A DNA stretch of 59,098 nt, from positions 85,768,081 to 85,827,178 of the forward strand of contig NC_068983.1 in assembly GCF_001194135.2 (NCBI RefSeq), written 5' to 3'. The notes beneath the pieces are model-generated. The model did not search any database. It saw only the letters and a list, made by a program, of their open reading frames with translations, and was not told where the DNA came from. The DNA comes from Octopus bimaculoides (taxonomy: Eukaryota). Shown here piece after piece: positions 36,093-48,961 of the stretch (within the stretch, counting starts at the first letter, position 1; every line of letters begins with the position of its first letter). A program made the translations under genes and the position numbers.

Positions 36093-37570
36093 CTTTTGGG
36101 ATTTGTGTTGTATAGTTTGAAGAGACAGTAACTATTGAATGATAGTAATATAGGATTGAAAAATAAGAGTTTTCGGTCAGCTAATCTAAGACAGAATTAT
36201 AGAGATAAGTGACTGTGTGATAAAATTAAAATTGAATAACTTGAATAACTGAACAAATTTGATGACATGATAATGGACAACTGAAATGAATTTGACGATA
36301 TGGTAATGAAACAGACAGAATAGTGAAAGCACTAAGTAAGGTGTTGTGAATCAGTGCATAAATAGAAAGGTATGAGCGAGGTTGGGAAGACAGAAAATTT
36401 ATCTGGTCATAATTCTGGGTTCGTATTTATTCGGCAGACGTTGGCGGAATCAGGGTGCGTGCACTAGTTTATAGTCCTGGCGAAGCAAGCACAGGGGCAA
36501 TAAACACTGAAGATGTACAGAAAACAGATTCCATCACATGACAGATGGAGAAACTAGAAGTAGTTAATAGCTTCCGCTATCTAGGCAATCAAGTATGTAG
36601 TGGAGGTGGTTGATCTGAGAATGTAGCAGCTAGAATAAGAATAGCCTGGGCAAAGTTCAGGGAGCTCCTACCTTTGCTGGCAGCTAAGGTCCTCTCGCTC
36701 AGGATGAAAAGTAGACTGTATGATGCATGTGTGCGAACTGCCATGCTACATGGCAGTGAAACATGGGCCATGACAGCTGAAGACATGCGTGGGCTTGAAA
36801 GAAATGAAGCTAGTATGATCTGCTGGATGTGTAATGTCAGTGTGCATACACAACAGAGTGTAAGCACCCTGAGAGAAAAGTTGGATATAAGAAGCATCAA
36901 ATGTGGTGTGCATGAGAGACGACTGTGCTGGTGTGGTGATGTGTTACGTATGGATGAGGACAGCTGTGTGAGGAAGTGCCACTCCCTAACTGTGGAAGAC
37001 GTAGACCCAGGAAGATATGGGATGAGGTGATGAAGCATGACCTTTGAAAGGCCTCACAGAGACAATGACAGGAGACCAAGATCTTTGGAGATATACTGTG
37101 ATTGAGAAGACCCGGCAACTAAATTGAGATCGCAGCCACGCATGTCTGGTCCAGTTAAAAGTACCCCTGATATGTCATGCGATATGGTATGCTTGAGAAG
37201 ACCTGTTGAGTCAAGTAAAACCAATATCGTAGCTGTGGCCAGTGCCCCCTGGCTGGTGGCACGTAAAAAGCTTCATCTGAATGCAGTCAATGCCAGGTCT
37301 GCCTGACTGGCTCTCGTGCTAGTGGCACGTAAAAAGCACCATGCAAATGTGGCTGATGCCAGTACCCCTTGACTGGCTCTTGTGGCGCTGGCACGAAAAA
37401 AGCACCCACTACACTCTTGGAGTGGTTGGCGTTAGGAAGGGCATCCAGCTGTAGAAACATTACCAGATCAGATTGGAGCCTGGTGTAGCTGCTGGCTCTC
37501 CAGACCTCAGTCAAACTGTCCAACCCATGCTAGCATGGAAAACGGACGTTAAACGATGATGATGATGATT
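34477..37570 (+). mobile_element. 5'-truncated RTE copy (34477-34940 plus 36491-37570) split by a 1.55-kb composite insertion
   Basis: ...ggcagatgc| at 34940 resumes as |acaggggcaataaacactgaag at 36491, matching the uninterrupted sequence at ~7230. GVHQGS and LYADEL motifs; (GAT)n tail at ~37555-37570. Confidence 0.9.
34941..35905 (-). mobile_element. Antisense RTE 3' fragment of a different subfamily, with a (GAT)14 tail
   Basis: (CAT)n at 34940-34982, repeat-bearing UTR, then RT C-terminal sequence (reverse complement of tggtatggtcatgtggcgagaatggatgaggatagctgtgtgaaaaag). Confidence 0.85.
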
Positions 37571-37796
37571 ACTTAAATGATTATATGAACACACACAGAA
37601 ATTCAATTCTATGATATATATATTTGTATGGGTTTGTATATATATATCAAATGAAAATATTCAGAAACTACAAACATAAAAAAGGGAGGTGGGTAAGTAC
37701 CTATGAGAGAAAAACAGAAATAATGAATTATAAAAACAAATAAAAAGAAGAAAATTTCAAAAACAAGCAAGACGTAAAAAGAAAACTTTTCTTGTA

Positions 37797-37841
<45 letters not shown>

Positions 37842-40800
37842 TAACAAGCCATTAGATAATCTTCAAGTATAAAAAGGTATTTCCACTGAATGAGAAAATA
37901 GATAATGATTGATGCTGCTTTCTGAAACGATGTTTAGAATAATTTATGAAAATCATCGTTATTTTGCAGTGTCAGCGAACAATAGAAATTTATACAAAGA
38001 ACAATAGCAACAGAAGCAGAACAGAAATGCTGTCTCTGATGCTGATGATGCCTGTCTTACTTATGTATAAAGGCTGACAGTTTCAGAAGTGGTGAAATAG
38101 GAAGTAATGAAATACTAACTAGTTTGGTAGGTATAATATAATAGTTATCCTCGCAAGTAAACAACAGTAAACTGTGTGTATTTCTATATCAGGTTTGAAA
38201 TAGCAGTGAGGTAGAACAGTAGTAAGAGGGAACATCAACTGAATGCAGGGCTTGGTTTTCTTTGCATAACTGCTGGTCATACACAAGTGGCACTGCTAGA
38301 ATGCAGGGATCAAATGCACAGGGTATGTTCATATTGTGTAGTCCAAGGTTTAGTCCTGAAGGAACAGACATATGGCCTGATTAGTGATTATCATTATTTA
38401 GATCTAAGTTGGCTGTGATTGAGCAGATCTATGATCTAAGGAATTCTAACCATAGCCACCTTGTTGTTTTGTATATCTAGGCATAGGCATGGCTATAGGT
38501 GCAGATATAGCTGTCTGGTACGAAGTTTGCTTCCCAACAACATGGTCTTGGGTTCAGTCCCAATGTGTAGCACCTTGGGCAAATGGTAACTGAAACTTGC
38601 ATACAGACTGGGTTGGTCCAAGAACTTACTACATCATGATGTTTGTCTGTTTGCTTAACATCCATTAGGCATAGGTGTGGGTGTGTGGGTAAGAAGCTTG
38701 CTTCTCACCCATGTGGTCTTGGGTTCAGTCCCACTGTGCAACACCTTGGGCAAGTGCTTCTACTATAGGTCTAGGTTGACCAAAGCCTTGGGAGTGGATT
38801 TGGCAGATGGAAATTGAAAGAAACCCATCATACCTATGTGTATGTGCATGTGTGTGTCTGTGTTTGTCCCATACCACTGCCTGACAATCCGTGTTGGTTT
38901 GTTTACATCCCTTTAACTTAGTGGTTTGGCAAAAATGACTGATAGAATAAGTTGGGCAATGGACAAGTCCTTTGACCCCTCCTTGGGGGCTGTTGGGCAC
39001 TACAGCCACGCAACCTATCTTGGGTGAGAAAGAGTGGTGGAACCCATTCCTCTCCAGGCTAAACTCATTTCTACAGCTGAGTGGACTGGAACAACAAGAA
39101 ATGAAATGCTTTGTTGAAGCACACAATGGATCACCCAGTTCAGGAATTGAAACCACGATCTCATGGTCATGAATCCAACATCCTAACCATTAAGTGATGC
39201 ACACTCACTAGTGGCGCTCGGAGCAACATGAAATGAAGTGTTTTGCTCAAGGACACAATGCATTGTTTGGTCAAAGAATCAAAACCACAATCTTATGATC
39301 ATGAGTCCAACACCCTAACCACTAAGCCACACAAATAAGTTATCAAACTTAAAATATAAGTACTGGGGCTGATTTGCTTGACTAAACTCTTTGAGGCAGT
39401 AACCCAGTTATGACTGTACTCCAGTGACTGAAACAAGTAAAATATAAAGGTTAATTTCTTCTATGTTGGCTTGGCTTGGATAAGAAACTGATTTTGAGGC
39501 TGGATTTTACGGTTGAGTGTTCTTCCTGTTGCCAACCCACACCTGTTTCTTTCTTTTTTTTCAGGTAAGGGATTCTTATGTACCACTATGCTTACACTGT
39601 AACAAGTGAAATCTTAAGAACATTTGCATGTATACAAACACAAACATATATATACAATAAAATTTTCATCTGTCAAATTCACTTACAAAGCTTTGGTTGG
39701 CCTGATGTGATAGTAGAAGACACTTGCTCAAGGTATCATACAGTGGAACTGAACATAGAATCACCTGGTTGTGAAATGAATTTCTTAACAATATAGCCAT
39801 GTAATTTCTAGAAATTAAATAATATATTAAGCAAGGCTTAGACTCTGTTCACGTCATCGTCACCATTTAATGTTCATTTTCCATGCTATCATGAGTTTGA
39901 TGGTTCAACAGGAACTGACAAGTCAGAAGGCTGCACCAAGCCCTGCTGCTTGCTTTGGCAAGGTTTGGATGCCATCCCTAACACCAACCACTATACAGAG
40001 TGTACTGGGTGCTTTTTGTGTAGGATCAGTAGCAGTGAGGTCACCCAAGTAGTTGGCAGGACAAGAGCCCTTCAACTGAGGAGGGAACAGTATTGAGGAA
40101 CAGGAAAAGGAGTCTTGCATTTGAGGGGAAAATAGCTATCTCAAGTGAAGGGAGAGAGGAGAAAGAAGATGGTGAAGATGTGACAGGGAGGCAAGGATGG
40201 GAACCATTCACCCAGGTTATAGGGAGGTGTATATAGTGAAGTGGACAGGGTGAGTGGGTGGTGAATTCATCAGTACACCACTGATATTTATTCTAAAGAT
40301 AATGATGATGATGATGATGATGATGATGATATGGATGACATTCTATCATCACTTGGAGACAATGGGAAAGAAATGCTTAGTTATTGCTATAAAGTTTAAA
40401 AAGAACCAAAAAATATTGTTCAGTATACTAATTGTACAGTAAAGATGGGCAAAATGGTGGTAAAGCATGTATTATAATAATTAGTTTAAATCTTCTCAGT
40501 TCTGAGTTCAAATCCTACCAGAGTAGATCTTCTAAAGTGCCAATAAAACTTCAATCAGAATATAAATTTTCTTTTCTCATTGTGCAATTAATTTTGTGCA
40601 CAAGTAACAAGAAAATCAATTCATACAACCTATTTCAATGGGTCAGTCAATCAGTAAGTGAATATCTAATTTATCACGTTTGGTGTGAACTGGTAAAGAT
40701 GACCTAGAAAAAAAAGTCCTAGAAAGTTTGCAACACTGTAAAACATTCACAGAAGAATTTCACAGCATGATTTATGCCCCATCGCATCTTTTGAAATCAT

Positions 40801-40874
40801 TACAATAACAAAAATACTACCAAAAAACAACAACAGAAGTATAGAGAAAAGATATTAAATCAAAATGGTGTCAC

Positions 40875-40962
40875 CAGTACTCAAAATTTGGTTTGATGGA
40901 AAACATCCACTTAATAATTGGGGTACTGAAGTGTGCATGATTTCAGACAGACATATATTTAC
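40875..40962 (-). CDS. TIKI-like exon VNICLSEIMHTSVPQLLSGCFPSNQILST, phase 0 to 1
   Basis: Very strong acceptor tctcttttatcattcttttcag and donor CTG|gtgaca. Joined to the upstream exon it gives IPEAVQDCMKN|VNICLSEI, in exact register with TIKI IPDNSKEAFLQSSIVYFEL (recalled). Confidence 0.68.
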
Positions 40963-41266
40963 CTGAAAAGAATGATAAAAGAGATAATGCTTTTTCTCTG
41001 TCTGTCTGTCTCTTTTATTTATTTTTTTAATCTGTTTTTGAGTTTGTCTCTGAGGAGTTTCACCCAATGAATATTGTAACACCTACCTTTATTTTGATTG
41101 CTCACTCACACAAGCAGAGCAAAAACTAAGCAATCAAGGGAAATGCCACTTGGCACATATGTTTACAGAAATGTAAATGTTATGAGAAACAACAACAACA
41201 ACAACAAGACAGTAAAACAATAGGAGAGAGAAAGAGAATGAAAAGGTAAGGAAAACAGTGGGTGGG

Positions 41267-41269
<3 letters not shown>

Positions 41270-41331
<62 letters not shown>
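41270..41331. repeat. (GA)n microsatellite
   Basis: About 31 GA units. Confidence 0.95.
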
Positions 41332-41333
<2 letters not shown>

Positions 41334-42009
41334 ATTCTGATGGTGAGATGCAATGAAATGATGATATTTTTGGAAATAATCCAAAACATGTTTGTTCATA
41401 TCCAATCACCTGGAGTAGTAAACTAAATTGGAGTTGAAATATATATAGGGAGAGCCTCTACTGATAATGAAGTCCTAAAAGATGAAAAATATATGTATCT
41501 ATATCATAATAATAAGGTGAATATCTTGTGAGATCAATACAAATATATTTTTAAATAAGTAAAAACTTGCAGCTATTTTGTACTATAAAGATGTGTTGAG
41601 ACATAAAAAGAGTATTTGTTTACCTTATGTTGAGAGAGAGAGAGAGAGGGGGGGTGATTTGATCTCCCCCATAGCAAATCCCCAACATACTGTTGAGAAA
41701 ACAGGGAGCCTCTACTTTGTTATCTAATCTTCAAGAAATAGTAATCAAATCTCCTTCAAATCATACCCCACTATCTTTAAAAATAGATGTATTGCATAAA
41801 GTGATTCTGGGTTTTCTGTGCATAAGAAAAGATAGGATGGTCACAAGTGGAAAGCCTTTGATAATAAGGTCTGCTTGCTCAGGGCTGACTTGAGGTTAAA
41901 CAACAACAGTAACAATCTAAATAGCAGGACAAAGTTTCTACAAAGAGCCAGTGAGGTAGCCTCTAAGCAGTTGCTTAACCTAGCTAGAAAATAGTAGGCA
42001 GTACCCAAC

Positions 42010-42580
42010 TCAACCCTTTAGCATTTAAACCAGCCACATCTGGCTTAAATGTTCAACCTGCTTAATGCTCAAACTGGCCATATCTGGCCTCTCACATCAT
42101 CATTTAACATCTGTTGGCCATGCTGGCATGGGTTGGATAGTCTGACCAGAGCTAGCAAGCTGGGGAACTGCAACAGACTCATCTGATTTAACATGGTTTC
42201 TATGGTTGGATGCCCTTCCTAATGCCAAACACTTTACAGAATATGCTGGGTGCTTTTATATGGCACCACATGGGTGCTATTATGTGACACCGCATGGACA
42301 CTTCTACATGTCACCACATGGGTGCTTTTATGCATTGCCACATGGGCGCTTTTATGTGGCACTACCATGAAGGATCAGTTTTAACACTTCTGCTGCGGAG
42401 TATGGGTCTTCTTGCGTACAACAAGGCGCCAGGCATCTCAGTCCTTTGCCACATCTACCCTGCGAATATTATTCTAAAACTATACAACCATATGATCAAA
42501 ATTTCAAAGCTATAAATTCAAAACAATGTGAATAAATAAACATTATATTTGGCAGAATAATCTGAATGTTAAAGGGTTAA
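42010..42580. mobile_element. PB-1 MITE with a nested RTE-tailed SINE (~42098-42450)
   Basis: MITE halves match 1202-1426. The insert begins catcatcatttaacatctg and contains three to four 22-bp gggtgcttttat..ggcaccacat repeats. Confidence 0.75.
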
Positions 42581-45497
42581 AGGAAACTGTTGTCTTTAAT
42601 CACCATCCTCCACAAAAAAACCCCCAAAACTCAGAAGACATTGGATAATATAGTCAGAGATCCAGTGCAAACCTGGGGCTAAGCAGCAGTAGCTGCCGCT
42701 ACCCTGCCACCACCATGAAAGTACTATTTCAGTTCCCAATTAGATCAGAACTTATAACCAAGCTGTTGGATCTTTTGTCAAGTTACATCAGGCACAGAGT
42801 GTGGGATTTCACTCAAATTATAAAGAATCATAGGTTTTTTTTCAGTGGAAAGGTTGACATTATTTATTTATTAATTCAATTTAAATGCCTGTATAGAGCT
42901 GATAAGCAATGAGAAACAAATATGTATCATACTAAAGACATATATATAAAAGAAAAAGAAAAAAAGAGATGAAGAAATATTTTTGTAGTCCCCATGAATC
43001 AGAAAATCTCAATTATGGTTGGTATCCATAGAGCTTTTACAATAAACCCAGAGTATGCTTGTTAATAAACTTCTGCACATTCACACAAAACATTGCAATT
43101 TTTTCAGACTGTATCTCCGATTTATATATCCAGCAAACAATATGCTTGTAATTTTTCTCTAGTATTTCTGATTTCATTTAGCAATGCTGTTGAGCTCCAA
43201 GTCAGGCCTGAGTGAGTAGACACATGTCACAACCAACTTGTTTTTTTTCAAGCACAGCTACCTAGGACTATATACAATGGTTCTTGCCTTTGTTCTTTTT
43301 TCAAAGGTAGTGTGTAGGGTTTGATTTGGCTGCAGTTTCTAGCAGGCCAAATGACAATGTAGAGATTCTCCTGTTTGTTCCATCAGCAACTGGGATGAAA
43401 GAATTTCTTCAAATTTTGGCAATTAAAATCTGTTTTTATCTATTAATTAAAGGAATAAATGCTAACATAATTAACCCTTTAGCATTCAGTTTACTCAATT
43501 AAATGTAATGCTTCTTTATTCACATTGTTTTGAATTAATTATGTATTATCTTGTAGCTTCAAGATTTCAATGATGTGACTACATAGATGTTCAATATTTC
43601 CTCTGCAAGGTGGTTTTATATAACACTGACATGAATGGATAATACATATATGCCAGCATAGATGTGTGGTTGAGAAGCTTACCTTGCAACCAAGTAGTTT
43701 CAAGTTCAGTCCTACTGTGTGGTACATAGAGTAAATGTATTTTTTACACTGGCAATACCTCAGCATGGCCACAGCCTTAGGGTTGAAATGTGTAAAAGAA
43801 TATGAGCAGAGAACAGAAGGTAAGTATGGTAGAGATGGTTACTGGGGAAAAAGTTGGTATGGTGAGGCAACACAGAGCAAGCTGAACCTCACAAACATAT
43901 CAGATCAAGATATTTTGATATATGCAGTGTTAGTATATCTATCAACCAAACCCTCACCAGCATGGAGGAGGGTGGAAAGGGGATGATGATGATCATGGTA
44001 AAGGTGCTGTGTATAATGCATCATCTTTTCCCCTTCTCTATTTCTTTTCATCCTTTCCTCTTTATATTCATTTATCCAGACTCACATGGGGCAGCTTTTG
44101 CAAACTGGAACATGTGTCTCTTCTTTTTCTTCACCACCACCACCACCATCAACACCACTATTTAACGTTCACTTTCCTTGCTAGCATGGATTACATAGTT
44201 TGACAGGAGCTGGCAAACTGGAGAGCTGCACTAGGCTCCAATTGTCTGTTTTGGCATGGTTTCTATGACTGGATGCCCTTCCTAACACCAGCCACTTTAC
44301 AGAATGTACTGGGTGCTTTACACATTGCACCAGCAGGGATGTTTTATATGTGACATTAGCATGAGTGCTTTCTCACATGGCACCAGCACAGGTACTTTTT
44401 TATGTGGTGTCTGCTGGAATATTAATTACTCAAATTTTTAAAGCAAGACACTTATTCTATTGGTCTATTTTGTCAAACAGCTAAATTATGGGGACAAAAA
44501 CAAACCAACACCAGTCATCAAACAGTGGTGGGGGACCAACACATAGAAAGATACAGATATACATATATTTCTTGCTATACTAAGAAGCAGCATATGGTAC
44601 CAGAATATTTGACTTGAGTCAAATATAACAAACTACTCTAAATAGTTGTTAGCATATTTGCATAAGTGAAGTCAAGATCAGCTAGTTTGTACTGGCATCA
44701 AGTCTTATTAGTTGTAAATAGTGGTATTTAAAAATCATTTAATATGTACCTTTCAGGTTTGCATAATATATAACAGGAAATGCATCCATCCCTTCACAAG
44801 GCTTTGGTTGGCTCAGAGCTATAATAGAAGTCGCTTGTCCAAGCAACGGTACTGAACCTCAGACTACATGGTTTGGAAGGAAGCTTCTTAACCACAGCCA
44901 CATTTGCACCTATGGAAATGAGGAGTAAGTTATTTCCTTGACCCAGTGGAGACCTTTACTATACATACACTAACCACTAATATTCAACCAGGCAACAAAC
45001 AGATCACCTAACACAACCTTTTAACAAATTCAAGTGAACCAATATTGCAGTCTATTGTGTTTTTAAGTGTAGACAGAAGATACTGTTAGCTGTATCAATT
45101 AACCAAGTACAGTAGATGTGATGATATTACCAGTTAGTCTACCTGAATTGACATTACGATTCAGGTACATTCACCACTCACACTTCTAACAGACAGACGA
45201 AGCCACCCACTTCTTCCTCTCTCACTCTCACACTCCTGATCCATGTCAAATGCAAATATTTTCATAAACGAGGCATCAATAGATTATTCTATTCCAATAT
45301 ATTTACCACTATAGGTAACTATTGGTAGCAGCAATACTCCCCCCACAACAAATGAAACCACACACACACAATAATAGTAAAGAAATATCTGGTAGCCAAA
45401 GACTAACTAAACAATCCATTTGTGGTTAGTTTTAGATTTCACCAATCAAAAGTAATTGAAGTAGCAAGTTATATATATGTTTGTTTATATATATATA

Positions 45498-45950
45498 TAC
45501 AGGGTGTGATGGGTAAATTGTCACCATTTTATATTTTTGATCTTGCACATGTGCATGGTTTGTTTTTGATTTTGTCATCTACACAGTATAGTAGAGTCAG
45601 TTGGGTACCATCTGTGAGAGAAACAGCACCATATGCAATTCACTCTGCCAAAAATTAAGAAAAGACATGCTGTACTGCTTGGCATTTGTGCTGGAAGCTC
45701 CAATACAAACATTTCAGAGTGTTTGGGTGTCAGTCTGAGGACAGTCCAGAGATTCAGAGAGATGGATGAGTCTAAAGGTGATTACGAAGATACGGCAGCT
45801 TGGAAATCTCGCTCTGATCATTCTGATAAGTAAAAGAACTCCTGAATTTGTTGACGAGATCCAGACTATGATTGACAACGATCCCTCCAAATCATTGCCA
45901 GCGACATGGGAGTGTCTGAATTTCTTATCAGGCAGGTAGTGCATGGAGAC
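45498..45950 (+). mobile_element. 5' fragment of a Tc1/mariner-superfamily (maT/DD37D-like) transposon
   Basis: TA|cagggtg terminus. HTH-like ORF MQFTLPKIKKRHAVLLGICAG...LGVSLRTVQRF and ...RTPEFVDEIQTMIDNDPSKS...MGVSEFLIRQVV. Confidence 0.7.
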
Positions 45951-47044
45951 ACACAAACATACACATACATCATCATCATCATCGTCGTCGTCATTTAACA
46001 TCCGCTTTCCATGCTAGCATGGATTGGACGATTTGACTGAGGACTGGTGAAACCAGATGGCTACACCAGGCTCCAATCTGATTTGGCAGAGTTTCTACAG
46101 CTGGATGCCCTTCCTAATGCCAACCACTCAGAGAGTGTAGTGGGTGCTTTTACGTACCACCGGCACGAAGGCCAGTCAGGCGGTACTGGCAACGGCCACA
46201 CTCAAAATGGTGTATTTTATGTGCCACCCACACATGACAGGTTTCTTTCAGTTCCCGTCTACCAAATCCATTTACAAGGCGTCTGAGGCTATAGTAGAAG
46301 ACATTTGCCCCAAGGTGCCACGCAGTGGGACTGAACCCAGAACCATGTGGTTGGTAAGCAAGCAACTTACCACACAGCCACTCCGATTTTATAAAAATCT
46401 TTTCAAATTTACCACATTTTAAATTTTTACTTACCCTTAATTTATTGGTAATTTTAATTTACCTGTAAAGTGAGTGACAAATTTTCATCAGTTTGTATTG
46501 TGAATTATTATTATGTATGTTTGCATGTATTAATGTATGCAAGTGAATTTATTTCATTTAGTTAACGGTAAGTGTATTTCATCCTATTTGTACCTTTACT
46601 GCTCCACCTATCTTCTATGCATTTAAGCTCAACTGATCATCCAATAACATGCACAATTCTTCTATATTAAAATTTTGAGGCATACTCAGTTCAATATTAG
46701 CTAATAACTCATTTCTATGGTGATGTTTAAACAAAATTGAAATAATTCTACTTTTAGTTGTATTTACTTGTAATTAGAGTCACTTTGAGACAAAAATTAT
46801 GCAATAGAGTTATTTAAGAACCTTTCATTAAATTGAGTTCTAAAAATCACAATAATAGGTTGATAAATAAAAAAGTTGTTTCATGAAACCATTGTAAACT
46901 CATGACTATATTAGAATTTAATTGAAACCCACAAAGGGCATATTTTGGTTAGAAATATAGCAATGAACAGGCTATTTTGCAGATCTTTTGAGTAACTGTG
47001 TCTCCAGTAAAATACTCCTGGGTGGTTTTATTGTACTGACATAC

Positions 47045-47169
47045 ATTTTTCATACAATCTTGCACAGCCTCTGGGATAGAGTGCATAATTAGCTGGATGG
47101 GAAGTAGTGTATGAGTAGTTCCCCAGAAATATAATCTCCAGGTGTCATATTTGTTTATAAATAGCTTCA
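47045..47169 (-). CDS. TIKI/TraB-like exon KLFINKYDTWRLYFWGTTHTLLPIQLIMHSIPEAVQDCMKN, phase 1 to 0
   Basis: Inside supplied ORF 46949-47266. Acceptor cttcctaaaataccag, donor AAT|gtatgt. YFWGTTH corresponds to the family YF/LFGTIH metal-ligand motif. Confidence 0.7.
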
Positions 47170-47853
47170 CTGGTATTTTAGGAAGTGGTTGATTGTAAAA
47201 AAAATATAAAATATAAATACAAGTTATGGTCAGTGTATGCACTGCTGCTGTTGCACCATCAAACAAACCAAACTAGTTTCTATTAAGTCATATCCAACTG
47301 AAAATAAATACTATTTTCACATCACAGGTGTGTGTGTGTGTGGGGGGGGGGGGAATTAATTTTGTGTCTAAATTTGGAGAGCAGTCATACTCTAAAATGG
47401 AAATATTTATTAAATAAGACAAAAAGAAACGCAAAAAAAAAAAAAAAAAGAATTATTTTGTGATTTATGGTCTGCTATTTCAAAAGCAGTTGAGAGATTG
47501 ATTAATAATGACAATATGCCATACAATGCCAATAGCAACCGAGATATCATTTATACTTTTTTTTCTTGTAGAGTGTGGGGGTGGAAAATATCCAGAAAGT
47601 GGAGCTTTGATATTCTAGTGGGACAGCTCTTAAAGCACAATTTAATAGCTACTGTTGAGATTATCAAGGCACACACACACACACACACATATGTTGCATT
47701 CAAGTGGTTTTTAGTAAACAAAACTATCAACAAATAATAATAAGACAAGCAAGATAAAGCCATTGTTGCTTAAGAAACATAGGACAAAACTTATTGACAT
47801 ATGGTTCTTCTGTAGATTATCTGTACTAATTATGATCTGATAGTCTGGCTTAC

Positions 47854-47890
47854 ATATCAAATTGATCATGGGAACAGCAGCAAGTTTCAT
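47854..47890 (-). CDS. Candidate first coding exon MKLAAVPMINLI (phase 1)
   Basis: Strong donor TAT|gtaagc and phase-compatible with 47169. The start codon is not verifiable. Confidence 0.3.
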
Positions 47891-48439
47891 TAGGTACAAA
47901 AGGAGGCACAGGTGAGTGTAAAAGCAATTGCCTGTCTTGGTGAACTTATTATTTTCACACAAGCAAACTGTTCAAACTATCACAATATAGAAAGCATGAT
48001 CTTAAACAATAATACTGTTGACATTGCATTTCTTTCCAAAAAGAGCAGTTCAAGAAAATGATTTGGATATATCTTTTATCTTTTACTTGTTACAATCATT
48101 AGACTGTGGAAATGCTGGGTCATCACCTTGAAGAAGTTTCAGTTGAATGAAACTGACCCCAGTTTTTTTATTTTTTAAAAAATATATGTCTGATACTTAT
48201 TCTATTGGTCGCTTTTGCCGAACTGCAAAATTATGGGGAGGTAAACAAACCAATAATGGTTGTCAAGTGGTGGTGGTAGACAAACACACATATATATGAT
48301 GGGCTTCCTTCAGTTTCCTTCTACAAAATCCATCTATAAGGCTTTGGTCAGCCTAATGTTAAAGTAGAAGGCACTTGCCTAAGGTGCCATGCAGTTGGAC
48401 TGAATCCGGAACCATGTAGTTGGGAAGTTAACTTCTCAC

Positions 48440-48800
48440 TATTTTTATATCTTTAACTGTTTTATCTACCATTCTGCTGCCAGCTATGATAGCTAGTCTC
48501 TCTGTTGAGTCCACATGGGGAAGATCCTATTTTCCCTTATGCATTCTCCACATTTAGTAACCTTATCTTTCACTGTAGCACTTCCATGTCTCTTTCTTTT
48601 CAGAATCATGAAGTGCAATGAACCATTATCCATCTGCACACATTTCTCACCTACAACATCTCAGTTATCACTGATAACTGCCTGGATTGCAACACTGTCT
48701 TGCAATCCAGAACACCTCATGACTTTGATCCTCACATTGTAGAACATTGACAAACCTCTTGCTTTCTATTTCTCTGTTTGCTATTTAAACCTGACATCTA
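48440..48800 (-). mobile_element. Old RTE fragment (linker before RT)
   Basis: Reverse complement aligns with ~6020-6230 (gatgttgtaggtgagaaatgtgtgcagatggat, ctaaatgtggagaatg). Confidence 0.7.
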
Positions 48801-48913
48801 GACAGATTATCTCCTAGCAACCTGGTACAGCTCTCTGCTGCTTCTTTTTCTCCAGTCTTTGCAAGACTGTCTTTTTGCTTCATTACCACATCACCCGCAA
48901 ACAGAGATTTTTA

Positions 48914-48961
<48 letters not shown>

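Noticed and set aside
38061-38371. Minus-strand open stretches DNYYIIPTKLVSISLLPISPLLKLSAFIH and ORF 38189-38371
   Set aside because: Phases do not fit the TIKI-like chain, there are no family motifs, and the chain is complete without them.
47868-47911. Plus-strand MGTAASFIRYKRRH with a perfect gtgagt donor (myristoylation-like start)
   Set aside because: No downstream plus-strand exon or promoter evidence; it overlaps the minus-strand candidate first exon and may be chance.
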